IMG/VR virus record: IMGVR_UViG_3300028797_000152
Location: 1 to 64,000 of that record
Strand: one strand, 5' to 3'
DNA: 64,000 bases
DNA from: an uncultured virus (IMG/VR IMGVR_UViG_3300028797_000152)
Lineage: Duplodnaviria; Heunggongvirae; Uroviricota; Caudoviricetes
Within the stretch, counting starts at the first letter, position 1; each line of letters starts with the position of its first letter. Positions 36,959-44,356 of the stretch are shown in pieces. The notes beneath the pieces are model-generated. The model saw only the letters and a program-made list of their open reading frames with translations. It was not told the DNA's origin and searched no databases. The position numbers were made by a program, and so were the translations under genes.

Positions 36959-37779
36959 AGAAGTATATAGTATCTAGTAGAAAAGATGACCTTATCAAAG
37001 AAAAGCAGCAGTGGCAGATGAAGTATGACGCTAGAAAGCAATTATACAGAGACCAAGAGCGTAAGTATGATGAGGCTAGATGGGCTTGGAACGATAACAT
37101 TGTTGCATTAATTAAAAAAGAATTCAGTTCTTATATTGACAAGCTTCCTTATTTGGAAATATTTGCAGATTATGGATGGAAGCGAGTTGAAATTCGTTTC
37201 AAATATGCAGATTATCTCAGTGCTGATGAAAGAGAAGATGTATGTCTCAGATGGAGTTACGAAATCCGATTAAATGAAAACGGAGAATTGAAGAGAGAAT
37301 CAAATTCCTGGTCTGGATTTGATGCAACTACATCGGCTCAGTTAGACGACCTGATGAATTCTGCTAACTTCCTCAAAGCAATTGTTGATTATGATTGGGC
37401 ACCGCTCCTTAAAGAGGCTAAAGAATCTTATCCTGATTATAACAAATACATCGGCATTAAAGACCCTTCTTATGACCCGGATTATAAAGACCCTGGATAT
37501 GATAAGATGATTAGAGAGGCAGAATTAGAAGAAGCTGTCGGTAAAGATATATGGATACAAGGTGACAATGGAAAAACATGGTACAAAATTGTATCTGAAA
37601 CTCCTAAGTTCTATAATATTGCTAAGATTAATACTTGGGATATGCGAAGTTCTCCTGAATATGCAATACAGCGTATTCAAAGACAGTCTCCTTGGCGGGT
37701 TAAAAAAGACAATGTTAATTTTGACCGTCCGATTACAACAATCAGTCAAGAAGATTTAATTGCACGAATAACAGGTTGA
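36955..37779 (+). CDS. Protein with MKKYIVSS leader; paralog of ORF 39953
   Basis: Shared coiled coil and GKDxW…WxxxVSxTxKFY. Confidence 0.65.
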   Translation: MKKYIVSSRKDDLIKEKQQWQMKYDARKQLYRDQERKYDEARWAWNDNIVALIKKEFSSYIDKLPYLEIFADYGWKRVEIRFKYADYLSADEREDVCLRWSYEIRLNENGELKRESNSWSGFDATTSAQLDDLMNSANFLKAIVDYDWAPLLKEAKESYPDYNKYIGIKDPSYDPDYKDPGYDKMIREAELEEAVGKDIWIQGDNGKTWYKIVSETPKFYNIAKINTWDMRSSPEYAIQRIQRQSPWRVKKDNVNFDRPITTISQEDLIARITG

Positions 37780-37780
37780 T

Positions 37781-38038
37781 ATGAAGTTATACATAAAGTA
37801 TCCATTAACATATTTTTCAGACCGGACACGAGATGAATTAGATGTTATAATTGAAACATTGGTAGAAACTTTGCCGAAAGGTGAAGTTATACCACTGTTT
37901 ATAGAACATTTTGACAGAGATACTTTTGAGAAAAGATTTGGAATTGAGGTAACTGATAACTTTGTTAAAGCATTGAAGAAAACTCTCAATTATCCAGATG
38001 ATACTGAAAACTTAATAAGATACATATTAAATAAATAA
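37781..38038 (+). CDS. Protein with MKLYIKY leader
   Basis: 85 aa ORF. Confidence 0.55.
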   Translation: MKLYIKYPLTYFSDRTRDELDVIIETLVETLPKGEVIPLFIEHFDRDTFEKRFGIEVTDNFVKALKKTLNYPDDTENLIRYILNK

Positions 38039-38060
38039 AGTCAAAGCGAGGTAGTGGATA

Positions 38061-39698
38061 ATGAAACGATATATCAGTGCAGTAGTTTCCATAGAAAAGC
38101 TTAGAGAACAATTTGCTCCAGAACTTGAGGATGATAAATTTCAGGAGCTTATCGAGCTTGACCCTTCTGCTGATTTTGAAAAGAATCGCGGAGGAAAGTA
38201 TTGCCCTTGGATTTTTAGGCAGTATAACAAAGGCAACTTAGACCAATCAGAGTATACTAACCTCAAAGACGCCTTAGGATTCTTCTTAAATAACTATAAG
38301 AAATATCCTAAGCCTGACCTCGGCCAATATAAGACAGTAGAAGAGTTCTTAACTGACACTGAGGCTGTTGGTAACAGAGAACTTACTGAAAAAGAGAAGG
38401 CTAAGTTGCTTAAGAAACAAGCACACCATGCAAACACAGACGACAAAGAGTTCTGTGTAGAGGATGGTGATTGGGAAGTTTGGAAGCCCCTTACTTATCC
38501 AGGTTCTATTTCTCTTGCTCGTGAAGGCGGTACAAAGGCTACTTGGTGCACCGCTTATGAAGGTGATGATTATTATTGGAGAAGTTATAGCCGCAGAGGT
38601 CCTCTTTATATCTTCTTAAATACTAAGAATCCAAATGAAAAATTCCAGCTTCATTTCGAATCAAATTCTTGGTACGATATAAACGACCGTTCAAAGGGCT
38701 TAGCTCAATTCTACAAATTCTGTTCTGAGCATCCTAATTTCCAAGCATATTTTGGTATTAAAGAAAAGGATGGTGTTCAGTATAGAGCAGATTCTATTGT
38801 AGGATATGTAGAAGATGCAAAAGAAATCAAACTCCCTGAAGATGTTAGATTTCCTTGGGATTTTCCAGATAGCGTTGAAAGTATCATATTTCCTGATTCA
38901 CTTACTACACTTGAACAAGAGGGCCTTAGAGACTTGTCTAATCTCAAGAAAGTCAAGCTTCCCGAAGGAATAAAGGTAATACCTGATAGGTTCTTCATGC
39001 GATGTGGGTTAGAGTCTATTGATATTCCGAATTCAGTTGTCAAATATGAATCTAGTGCATTTCAGAATTGTGAGAATTTAATCACTATTAATCACAGTAC
39101 TTCATTAAAAGTAGTTGAAGATTCTTGCTTCAGGGGTTGCTCTCAGTTAACAAGTCAACTTCCTGATTCAGTAGTTTACTTAGGCACATATGCTTTCAAA
39201 GATTGCGGACTTACTTATGTTGAAATGCCTTCGAAGTTACAGAGGATTGTTACAAAAACATTCTTAAATGATACTTCTATTGAAGAAGTAAAATTTAACA
39301 ATGTAACAGAGGTAGGCCCAAGTGCATTCAATGGTTCATCACTTGAAAAGTTAGACCTTGGTAGCGTTGCTATTGTGGGTGGTGGTGCTTTCCGTAATTG
39401 TAATTCATTGAAGGGTGTAGACCTTGATTTAGGTGGAATGAAGATAGGTGCTTATGCTTTTGCAGATAGTGAAATAGAAGGAACAATTACTGTAGATGAT
39501 GGCACAGACCTTTCATTTAGTGCATTTGATAATTGCCCTAACCTTACTATTATCTGGAATCGTGCTGATGAATCTTATGAGTTTGAAAATATCAAATTAC
39601 TTAAGTGCAGTGAAGCGACTTGCCCTAACTTAATCAAAGTTAACAAGGACTATATAAATATTGAAACTACGGAGGGTCATACATATGAAGTTCAATAA
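38061..39698 (+). CDS. BspA-type leucine-rich-repeat protein with a WCT-motif N-terminal domain and MKRYISA leader
   Basis: Repeats such as LESIDIPNSVVKYESSAFQNC and LPDSVVYLGTYAFKDC; KYCPWI, ATWCTA. Confidence 0.75.
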   Translation: MKRYISAVVSIEKLREQFAPELEDDKFQELIELDPSADFEKNRGGKYCPWIFRQYNKGNLDQSEYTNLKDALGFFLNNYKKYPKPDLGQYKTVEEFLTDTEAVGNRELTEKEKAKLLKKQAHHANTDDKEFCVEDGDWEVWKPLTYPGSISLAREGGTKATWCTAYEGDDYYWRSYSRRGPLYIFLNTKNPNEKFQLHFESNSWYDINDRSKGLAQFYKFCSEHPNFQAYFGIKEKDGVQYRADSIVGYVEDAKEIKLPEDVRFPWDFPDSVESIIFPDSLTTLEQEGLRDLSNLKKVKLPEGIKVIPDRFFMRCGLESIDIPNSVVKYESSAFQNCENLITINHSTSLKVVEDSCFRGCSQLTSQLPDSVVYLGTYAFKDCGLTYVEMPSKLQRIVTKTFLNDTSIEEVKFNNVTEVGPSAFNGSSLEKLDLGSVAIVGGGAFRNCNSLKGVDLDLGGMKIGAYAFADSEIEGTITVDDGTDLSFSAFDNCPNLTIIWNRADESYEFENIKLLKCSEATCPNLIKVNKDYINIETTEGHTYEVQ

Positions 39699-39951
39699 TA
39701 TAAATAGTTTCCTCTTTGCATTGGAAAGCCGAATTGAAGATTTAGAAGAAGGCGATGCTATCACAAGTGCAACCATCTTATCTAAGAGATTCAGTCCTGA
39801 GGAATACGAAAAATTTGATTCTGTAGTAGACGAAGCAAAGGCACTAACTGATTCAGATAATGATTTTGTAACTTATGTAACTAATAGACTTTACGATTTA
39901 GGTTATTCTGATGATGAAGTTACAGGTATATTAGATATGGAGGGAATATAA
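39685..39951 (+). CDS. Acidic protein with ALESR…ITSAT N-terminus
   Basis: ATG 39685 after GGAGG. Confidence 0.6.
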   Translation: MKFNNINSFLFALESRIEDLEEGDAITSATILSKRFSPEEYEKFDSVVDEAKALTDSDNDFVTYVTNRLYDLGYSDDEVTGILDMEGI

Positions 39952-39952
39952 T

Positions 39953-40951
39953 ATGAAATTTGTATTTGCTTCTGAAAGACAAAAATTAATAAGAGAAAGA
40001 AAGAATTATCTTGATAATTATAACAAGCAGCTTTCTGAACACAGGGCACAGCGTGCAGCATATGAGGAAGCTGCATCAAACTATTCTAGCGATATGGAAG
40101 CATACATAAAGACGCTTCTTGAGTCAGACATGGTAGCACTTCCTGAGGGCATACAAATTAGTGTAAAACAATCAGATTATCGACGTGATGAATATGCCTA
40201 CTACATCGTAGTACGGTATATATCTAACAAGTCTAAATATGACGACCCTAAGTATCGCTATAGTAATAGCGGTCGTGATATAAATTCAGGAAGAGTTAGA
40301 GGTTTCAATTGGAAATTTACTTCTTATCTTCAAGTAAAAGAACAAAAAGATGAAGAAACAGGTGAAGTAAAAAATGTAACCACCGTTGAGACATCTACAA
40401 ATATATCTGCAGATTTGTTAGAAACTGACGATATAGAAGCACTTAAGGTTACTTATGATGTATTTTCTAAACTGAAAAGTATCAACTGGGATGATGTACT
40501 GATGAAGATAAACACAGGTATTCCTGTTGAGGAGAATTTCATAACAACAGAAAACCCTGGCCATATAGATACTTCAAAGTGGGATGATGCTATAACTGCT
40601 TATAACTTATCTAGAACCATGGGTAAGGACTTGTGGGTCAAAGTTATTATCAATAGAGAAGATTCTTACGACAGATATAATTCAAATAATCCTGGTGTAG
40701 ATGGTAGGGGTTGGATTAATCTTGTATCTGCTACAGATAAATTCTACACATTCTATTGGCTTGAGTGTAGATACAACGATTCAGATAGTTTTAGTTTAGC
40801 TCAAATACAGTCTGCTACAAGACGAACAGTAAAACTTAAGAAAATATATATCAGTGTAATGGAGCCGGTTGAATATCTTACAACGGCTGAATTAACTTCT
40901 ACTCCAATTCCTTCTCTTAAAGATTTAGAAGAAAACGACAATGAAGATTAA
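39953..40951 (+). CDS. Protein with variant leader MKFVFAS; paralog of ORF 36955
   Basis: SD GGAGG; alignable by eye to ORF 36955. Confidence 0.65.
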   Translation: MKFVFASERQKLIRERKNYLDNYNKQLSEHRAQRAAYEEAASNYSSDMEAYIKTLLESDMVALPEGIQISVKQSDYRRDEYAYYIVVRYISNKSKYDDPKYRYSNSGRDINSGRVRGFNWKFTSYLQVKEQKDEETGEVKNVTTVETSTNISADLLETDDIEALKVTYDVFSKLKSINWDDVLMKINTGIPVEENFITTENPGHIDTSKWDDAITAYNLSRTMGKDLWVKVIINREDSYDRYNSNNPGVDGRGWINLVSATDKFYTFYWLECRYNDSDSFSLAQIQSATRRTVKLKKIYISVMEPVEYLTTAELTSTPIPSLKDLEENDNED

Positions 40952-40975
40952 CCTTTAATATTAACAGAGGTATTA

Positions 40976-41218
40976 TTGTTTATGATAAGATACAAGAATA
41001 GTTCTAATATTCCGTTAACTTTCTACGGTGTAACATTTAACCCAAATGAGATAAAGGAAGTTCCCGGATTCATAAATCATATCAAGATGATTAGAGTCAA
41101 GGAAGTTCCTTCTACACCTATTAAGCCGAGGGCAATAATTACTAAACCTAAGCAAGAAGAGCCTAAGCCAGTAGAAGTTAAGAAGAAGAGAACTTATACC
41201 AAAAGAAAGCAAACATAA
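40976..41218 (+). CDS. Small basic protein upstream of tail sheath
   Basis: TAACCTTT upstream; Lys-rich tail. Confidence 0.55.
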   Translation: MFMIRYKNSSNIPLTFYGVTFNPNEIKEVPGFINHIKMIRVKEVPSTPIKPRAIITKPKQEEPKPVEVKKKRTYTKRKQT

Positions 41219-41238
41219 ATCAGGAGGAGTCAAATAAT

Positions 41239-43587
41239 ATGGCTAAGATAACAATTAATCCAATTTCTAACAATTATTCGATTAATGTTACAAACTCAAA
41301 CTATTGTACCGTAGCACTCCCTATCACCTCTTGTTGGGGCCCTGCATTTCAAGACCCTACCTCAACAGGTAAGTCTTTATCTGATGCATTAGAGGATACT
41401 GCTTGGACAAGGTTTAATTCAACACAGACAGGTTTACAGAATTTTGTATCAACATTTAGAGGACCTGCTGCAAATTACAGAAGGGCAAAAGATTATTCAT
41501 ATCAGATTGCTCTTTCACTTATCACTAATGGATATGATGTTCTTGTTTGCAGACTTTGTCCTGGTACATCGGCTTCTGGTAAGTTTAGCGATACAGCAGA
41601 TATGAAGGTTTTATCTTCCGAGCCTGCAGATTGGGAAACAAATTATGCTAATTACTACGAGAAAGATGCTTCACTTCAGTTCGTTCACGTAGAAGGTGTA
41701 GAAGTTGATAAGTATGATTTATTGACAGTTCAGCCTGCTGATTGGGCCACAGATTATGCTAATTACTTCACGAGGAATGGCGACCAGTACGAAGCAGTAG
41801 AAGGTGTAGAAGTTCCCACTTATGCACATGTAACTGGCGAGAGTGCTCCAGAATTCCAAGCAAATACATACTATAAGCTTGAGGATAACGAATATGTTCT
41901 CTTATCTTCCGAGCCTGCTGATTGGGCCACAGACTACACAAATTACTACATTCAGGATGGAACAGAGACTGTTGCCCCTGCTTTTGCAGCAGATACTTAT
42001 TATGAGAAGAACGGAACAGAGATTGTTGCTCCTACTTTCGAAGCTGATAAGTATTACGAAGATGAAGGCGTTGCACTCAACATCACCGCAAAGTATCCTG
42101 GTACATTTGGTAACAATCTTGTTGTAACTCTCAAGAAAATTGAGAGTGCAAGCCAGACATATTGGAATGCTATTGTATATGCAGTTGATGCTTCTAATGT
42201 AAGAACTTCGCTTGAGAACCTTACCTTTGTATTCGACTTAGATAATTCTACAGACAGTATCCTTCATATAAGTGAAGTTGAATCTCAGTTCATAGTATTC
42301 ACAGGATTTGAGAAGATTACAGACGATAGTGTACTTGTAGGCGATGACGGAGCTGATACAACTAGATTAAAAGATGGTTCTGATACAGCAGCACAAGATG
42401 TTGCTGATACTTATGATTCAGTTCTTGCTCAGGCTCAGGATTATGCAAAAGATAGATTTGGTATTGTATCTACAGAAGTAGATAACCTCGATTATATCAA
42501 GGCTATCCCGACAGCAACAGAAGATATCAATGTTGCTTATGCTATTAGATACAGAGAGTGGACATTCACTTATGCTACTAAGGTATATGACCTTCTCAAA
42601 GATAAGCTTTCATATAATCCTAATAGAGTTATTACTCCTTGGGATGACCAGAATTTCTACGAATTAGGTGCAACAGAGCCTAAGGCTCACTTCGGTACAC
42701 TTTCTCCGATGCATGTCAAACTCATAGATGTTGCTTACAATAGTAGATGTGCAACAGCTCTTCTTGATATTCCGAAGAGCCTTGCTAGAGATGGCGTATG
42801 GAACGATTCTACATCATCTTCTCAAGAAGGTTATGTACAGAAACTTTGCAGATATGAGCCTGATGATACAACATTACAGACAGGTCTTTTCACTTCTGCA
42901 TCTGCTCTCTTTGCTCCTTGGGGCCAGTATACATATGCAGGAACAAGTAGGCCGGCACCGGCTTCGCCTTCGTTCCTTGCTCTTATGATTACAAGAGCAA
43001 TGATTCTTAATCAGGCTAACCAATATGAATGGGCTCTTCCTACAGTCAGGAGTACAAATTTCAAGCTTGGTAAGTTAGACTACACAGTACCGGAAGCACT
43101 TCTTGATAAGTGGCAGTCAAGAGAAGGTTGCAGACTCAACGTCATCACAAACCTTCCTGAAATTGGTGCTGGTATTTGGGGCAACTCCACATTATTTGAA
43201 GTACCTCCGGCAACATACCAGGCTCTGGCTAACCTTTCTACAAGATACATCTTCAATGCAATTCAGGATGTCGTCTATAGAGTAGGTATCGGAATAACAT
43301 ATCAGTACAGCAATGCTAATGCTTATGACAGATTCTATGCGGGAGTTACGCCTATCCTTGATACAATGTCTAACCTCGGTGCACTTGTAAAGGGTGCAGA
43401 CGTACCTGGTAGAGATGACCTTGATGACCCTGGCTATTATGTAACAATGGCAGCCGACATCAATGGTTTAGATTCAGTAAATGCTAACTCAGTAATTGGT
43501 AAGATTATTATCAGAACCGCCGGAGTTATTGAGGATATCACAATTGACCTCATTGCTCTGCCTCAGTCTGCAGCACTCACCTCCTGA
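41239..43587 (+). CDS. Contractile tail sheath protein with inserted EPADW/APxF repeats
   Basis: ITAKYPGTFGNNLVV, ALLDIP, LFAPWG, NVI, IWGNSTL, LSTRYIFN. Confidence 0.85.
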   Translation: MAKITINPISNNYSINVTNSNYCTVALPITSCWGPAFQDPTSTGKSLSDALEDTAWTRFNSTQTGLQNFVSTFRGPAANYRRAKDYSYQIALSLITNGYDVLVCRLCPGTSASGKFSDTADMKVLSSEPADWETNYANYYEKDASLQFVHVEGVEVDKYDLLTVQPADWATDYANYFTRNGDQYEAVEGVEVPTYAHVTGESAPEFQANTYYKLEDNEYVLLSSEPADWATDYTNYYIQDGTETVAPAFAADTYYEKNGTEIVAPTFEADKYYEDEGVALNITAKYPGTFGNNLVVTLKKIESASQTYWNAIVYAVDASNVRTSLENLTFVFDLDNSTDSILHISEVESQFIVFTGFEKITDDSVLVGDDGADTTRLKDGSDTAAQDVADTYDSVLAQAQDYAKDRFGIVSTEVDNLDYIKAIPTATEDINVAYAIRYREWTFTYATKVYDLLKDKLSYNPNRVITPWDDQNFYELGATEPKAHFGTLSPMHVKLIDVAYNSRCATALLDIPKSLARDGVWNDSTSSSQEGYVQKLCRYEPDDTTLQTGLFTSASALFAPWGQYTYAGTSRPAPASPSFLALMITRAMILNQANQYEWALPTVRSTNFKLGKLDYTVPEALLDKWQSREGCRLNVITNLPEIGAGIWGNSTLFEVPPATYQALANLSTRYIFNAIQDVVYRVGIGITYQYSNANAYDRFYAGVTPILDTMSNLGALVKGADVPGRDDLDDPGYYVTMAADINGLDSVNANSVIGKIIIRTAGVIEDITIDLIALPQSAALTS

Positions 43588-43605
43588 TTTAGTTAATACA
43601 ATCTT

Positions 43606-43641
43606 AGGGCAGGTAGCTTCGGCTACTTGCCCTTTATTTTT
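43606..43641 (+). terminator. Intrinsic terminator after sheath
   Basis: AGGGCAGGTAGC-TTCG-GCTACTTGCCCT with T tract (cUUCGg loop). Confidence 0.85.
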
Positions 43642-43666
43642 AACTAATCTAACAAGAGGTGTAAGC

Positions 43667-43801
43667 ATGTCCGAAGAAGAATTGGAATTCTATCTAAATT
43701 TCATATTAGCAAAAGATTCAGATATTACAGAAACTACTTCATGTAATCAGCCAGGAGATTATGATAATGAAAAAGGAAAGATATATTATAACGTCATCTG
43801 A
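43667..43801 (+). CDS. Small hypothetical protein (MSEEELEFY…)
   Basis: ATG after GAGGTG. Confidence 0.4.
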   Translation: MSEEELEFYLNFILAKDSDITETTSCNQPGDYDNEKGKIYYNVI

Positions 43802-43997
43802 AGAAGAGTTATACGAATATGCAATGGAGCCTGAAGAGACTAGGGCTTATTTAATTAAACTAGTTGGACTTGACGGCCATGTTACAAGCACAAAAAGAAT
43901 TCATGCAAAGAATTTTGAATCTGCTTATAACTTTGCAAAGAGTTATGTAATTCGTGGAAGGTTTGACCGCATCTTTTCTATAATTGAAGAAACTTAA
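43767..43997 (+). CDS. Protein with variant leader MKKERYIITSS
   Basis: SD AGGAG upstream. Confidence 0.55.
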   Translation: MKKERYIITSSEEELYEYAMEPEETRAYLIKLVGLDGHVTSTKRIHAKNFESAYNFAKSYVIRGRFDRIFSIIEET

Positions 43998-44043
43998 TCT
44001 TACTGCCTATATGTTACCTCCTGTGGTGCATATATTTATATAG

Positions 44044-44080
44044 GCTCGCTGGATAGCAATATTCAGCGAGTTTATTTTTT
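44044..44080 (+). terminator. Intrinsic terminator
   Basis: GCTCGCTGGATA…TATTCAGCGAGT with T tract. Confidence 0.7.
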
Positions 44081-44094
44081 ATGAATCGTTATAA

Positions 44095-44202
44095 AAGATA
44101 AGTCCGTAAGGACTAGAGATTCGTGAGTTCACATTGGTGACATAATGTGAGCCTCCTAATTGGGTTGAGCCTATTGTACCTATAGCAGTAGGCTCATTTT
44201 TT
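44095..44202 (+). ncRNA. Candidate small RNA with an anti-SD segment
   Basis: GAATCGTTAT at 44083, AGTCC-GTAA-GGACT hairpin, second hairpin, CCTCCT, terminator TGAGCCTA…TAGGCTCATTTTTT; no ORF. Confidence 0.45.
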
Positions 44203-44227
44203 AAGTAAACTTTATTAATAAACTATA

Positions 44228-44246
44228 AATTCTTGAATTATTTCAA
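44228..44246. repeat. 19-bp repeat with palindromic core TTGAA-TTAT-TTCAA (copy 1, putative operator)
   Basis: Identical to 46905-46923. Confidence 0.6.
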
Positions 44247-44356
44247 AATTATTATGCAGATTACTTTTATTTCACACTGATTTATATTATAATTAAAATG
44301 TCATTATAGGTATTTTGACCAGTGTATCAACAGTCCCAGAGGACAGGAGGTCTCAT

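Noticed and set aside
44094..44118. GTCC-GTAA-GGAC resembles hammerhead ribozyme stem II
   Set aside because: The flanks are AAGATAA and TAGA rather than the required CUGANGA and GAAA core.
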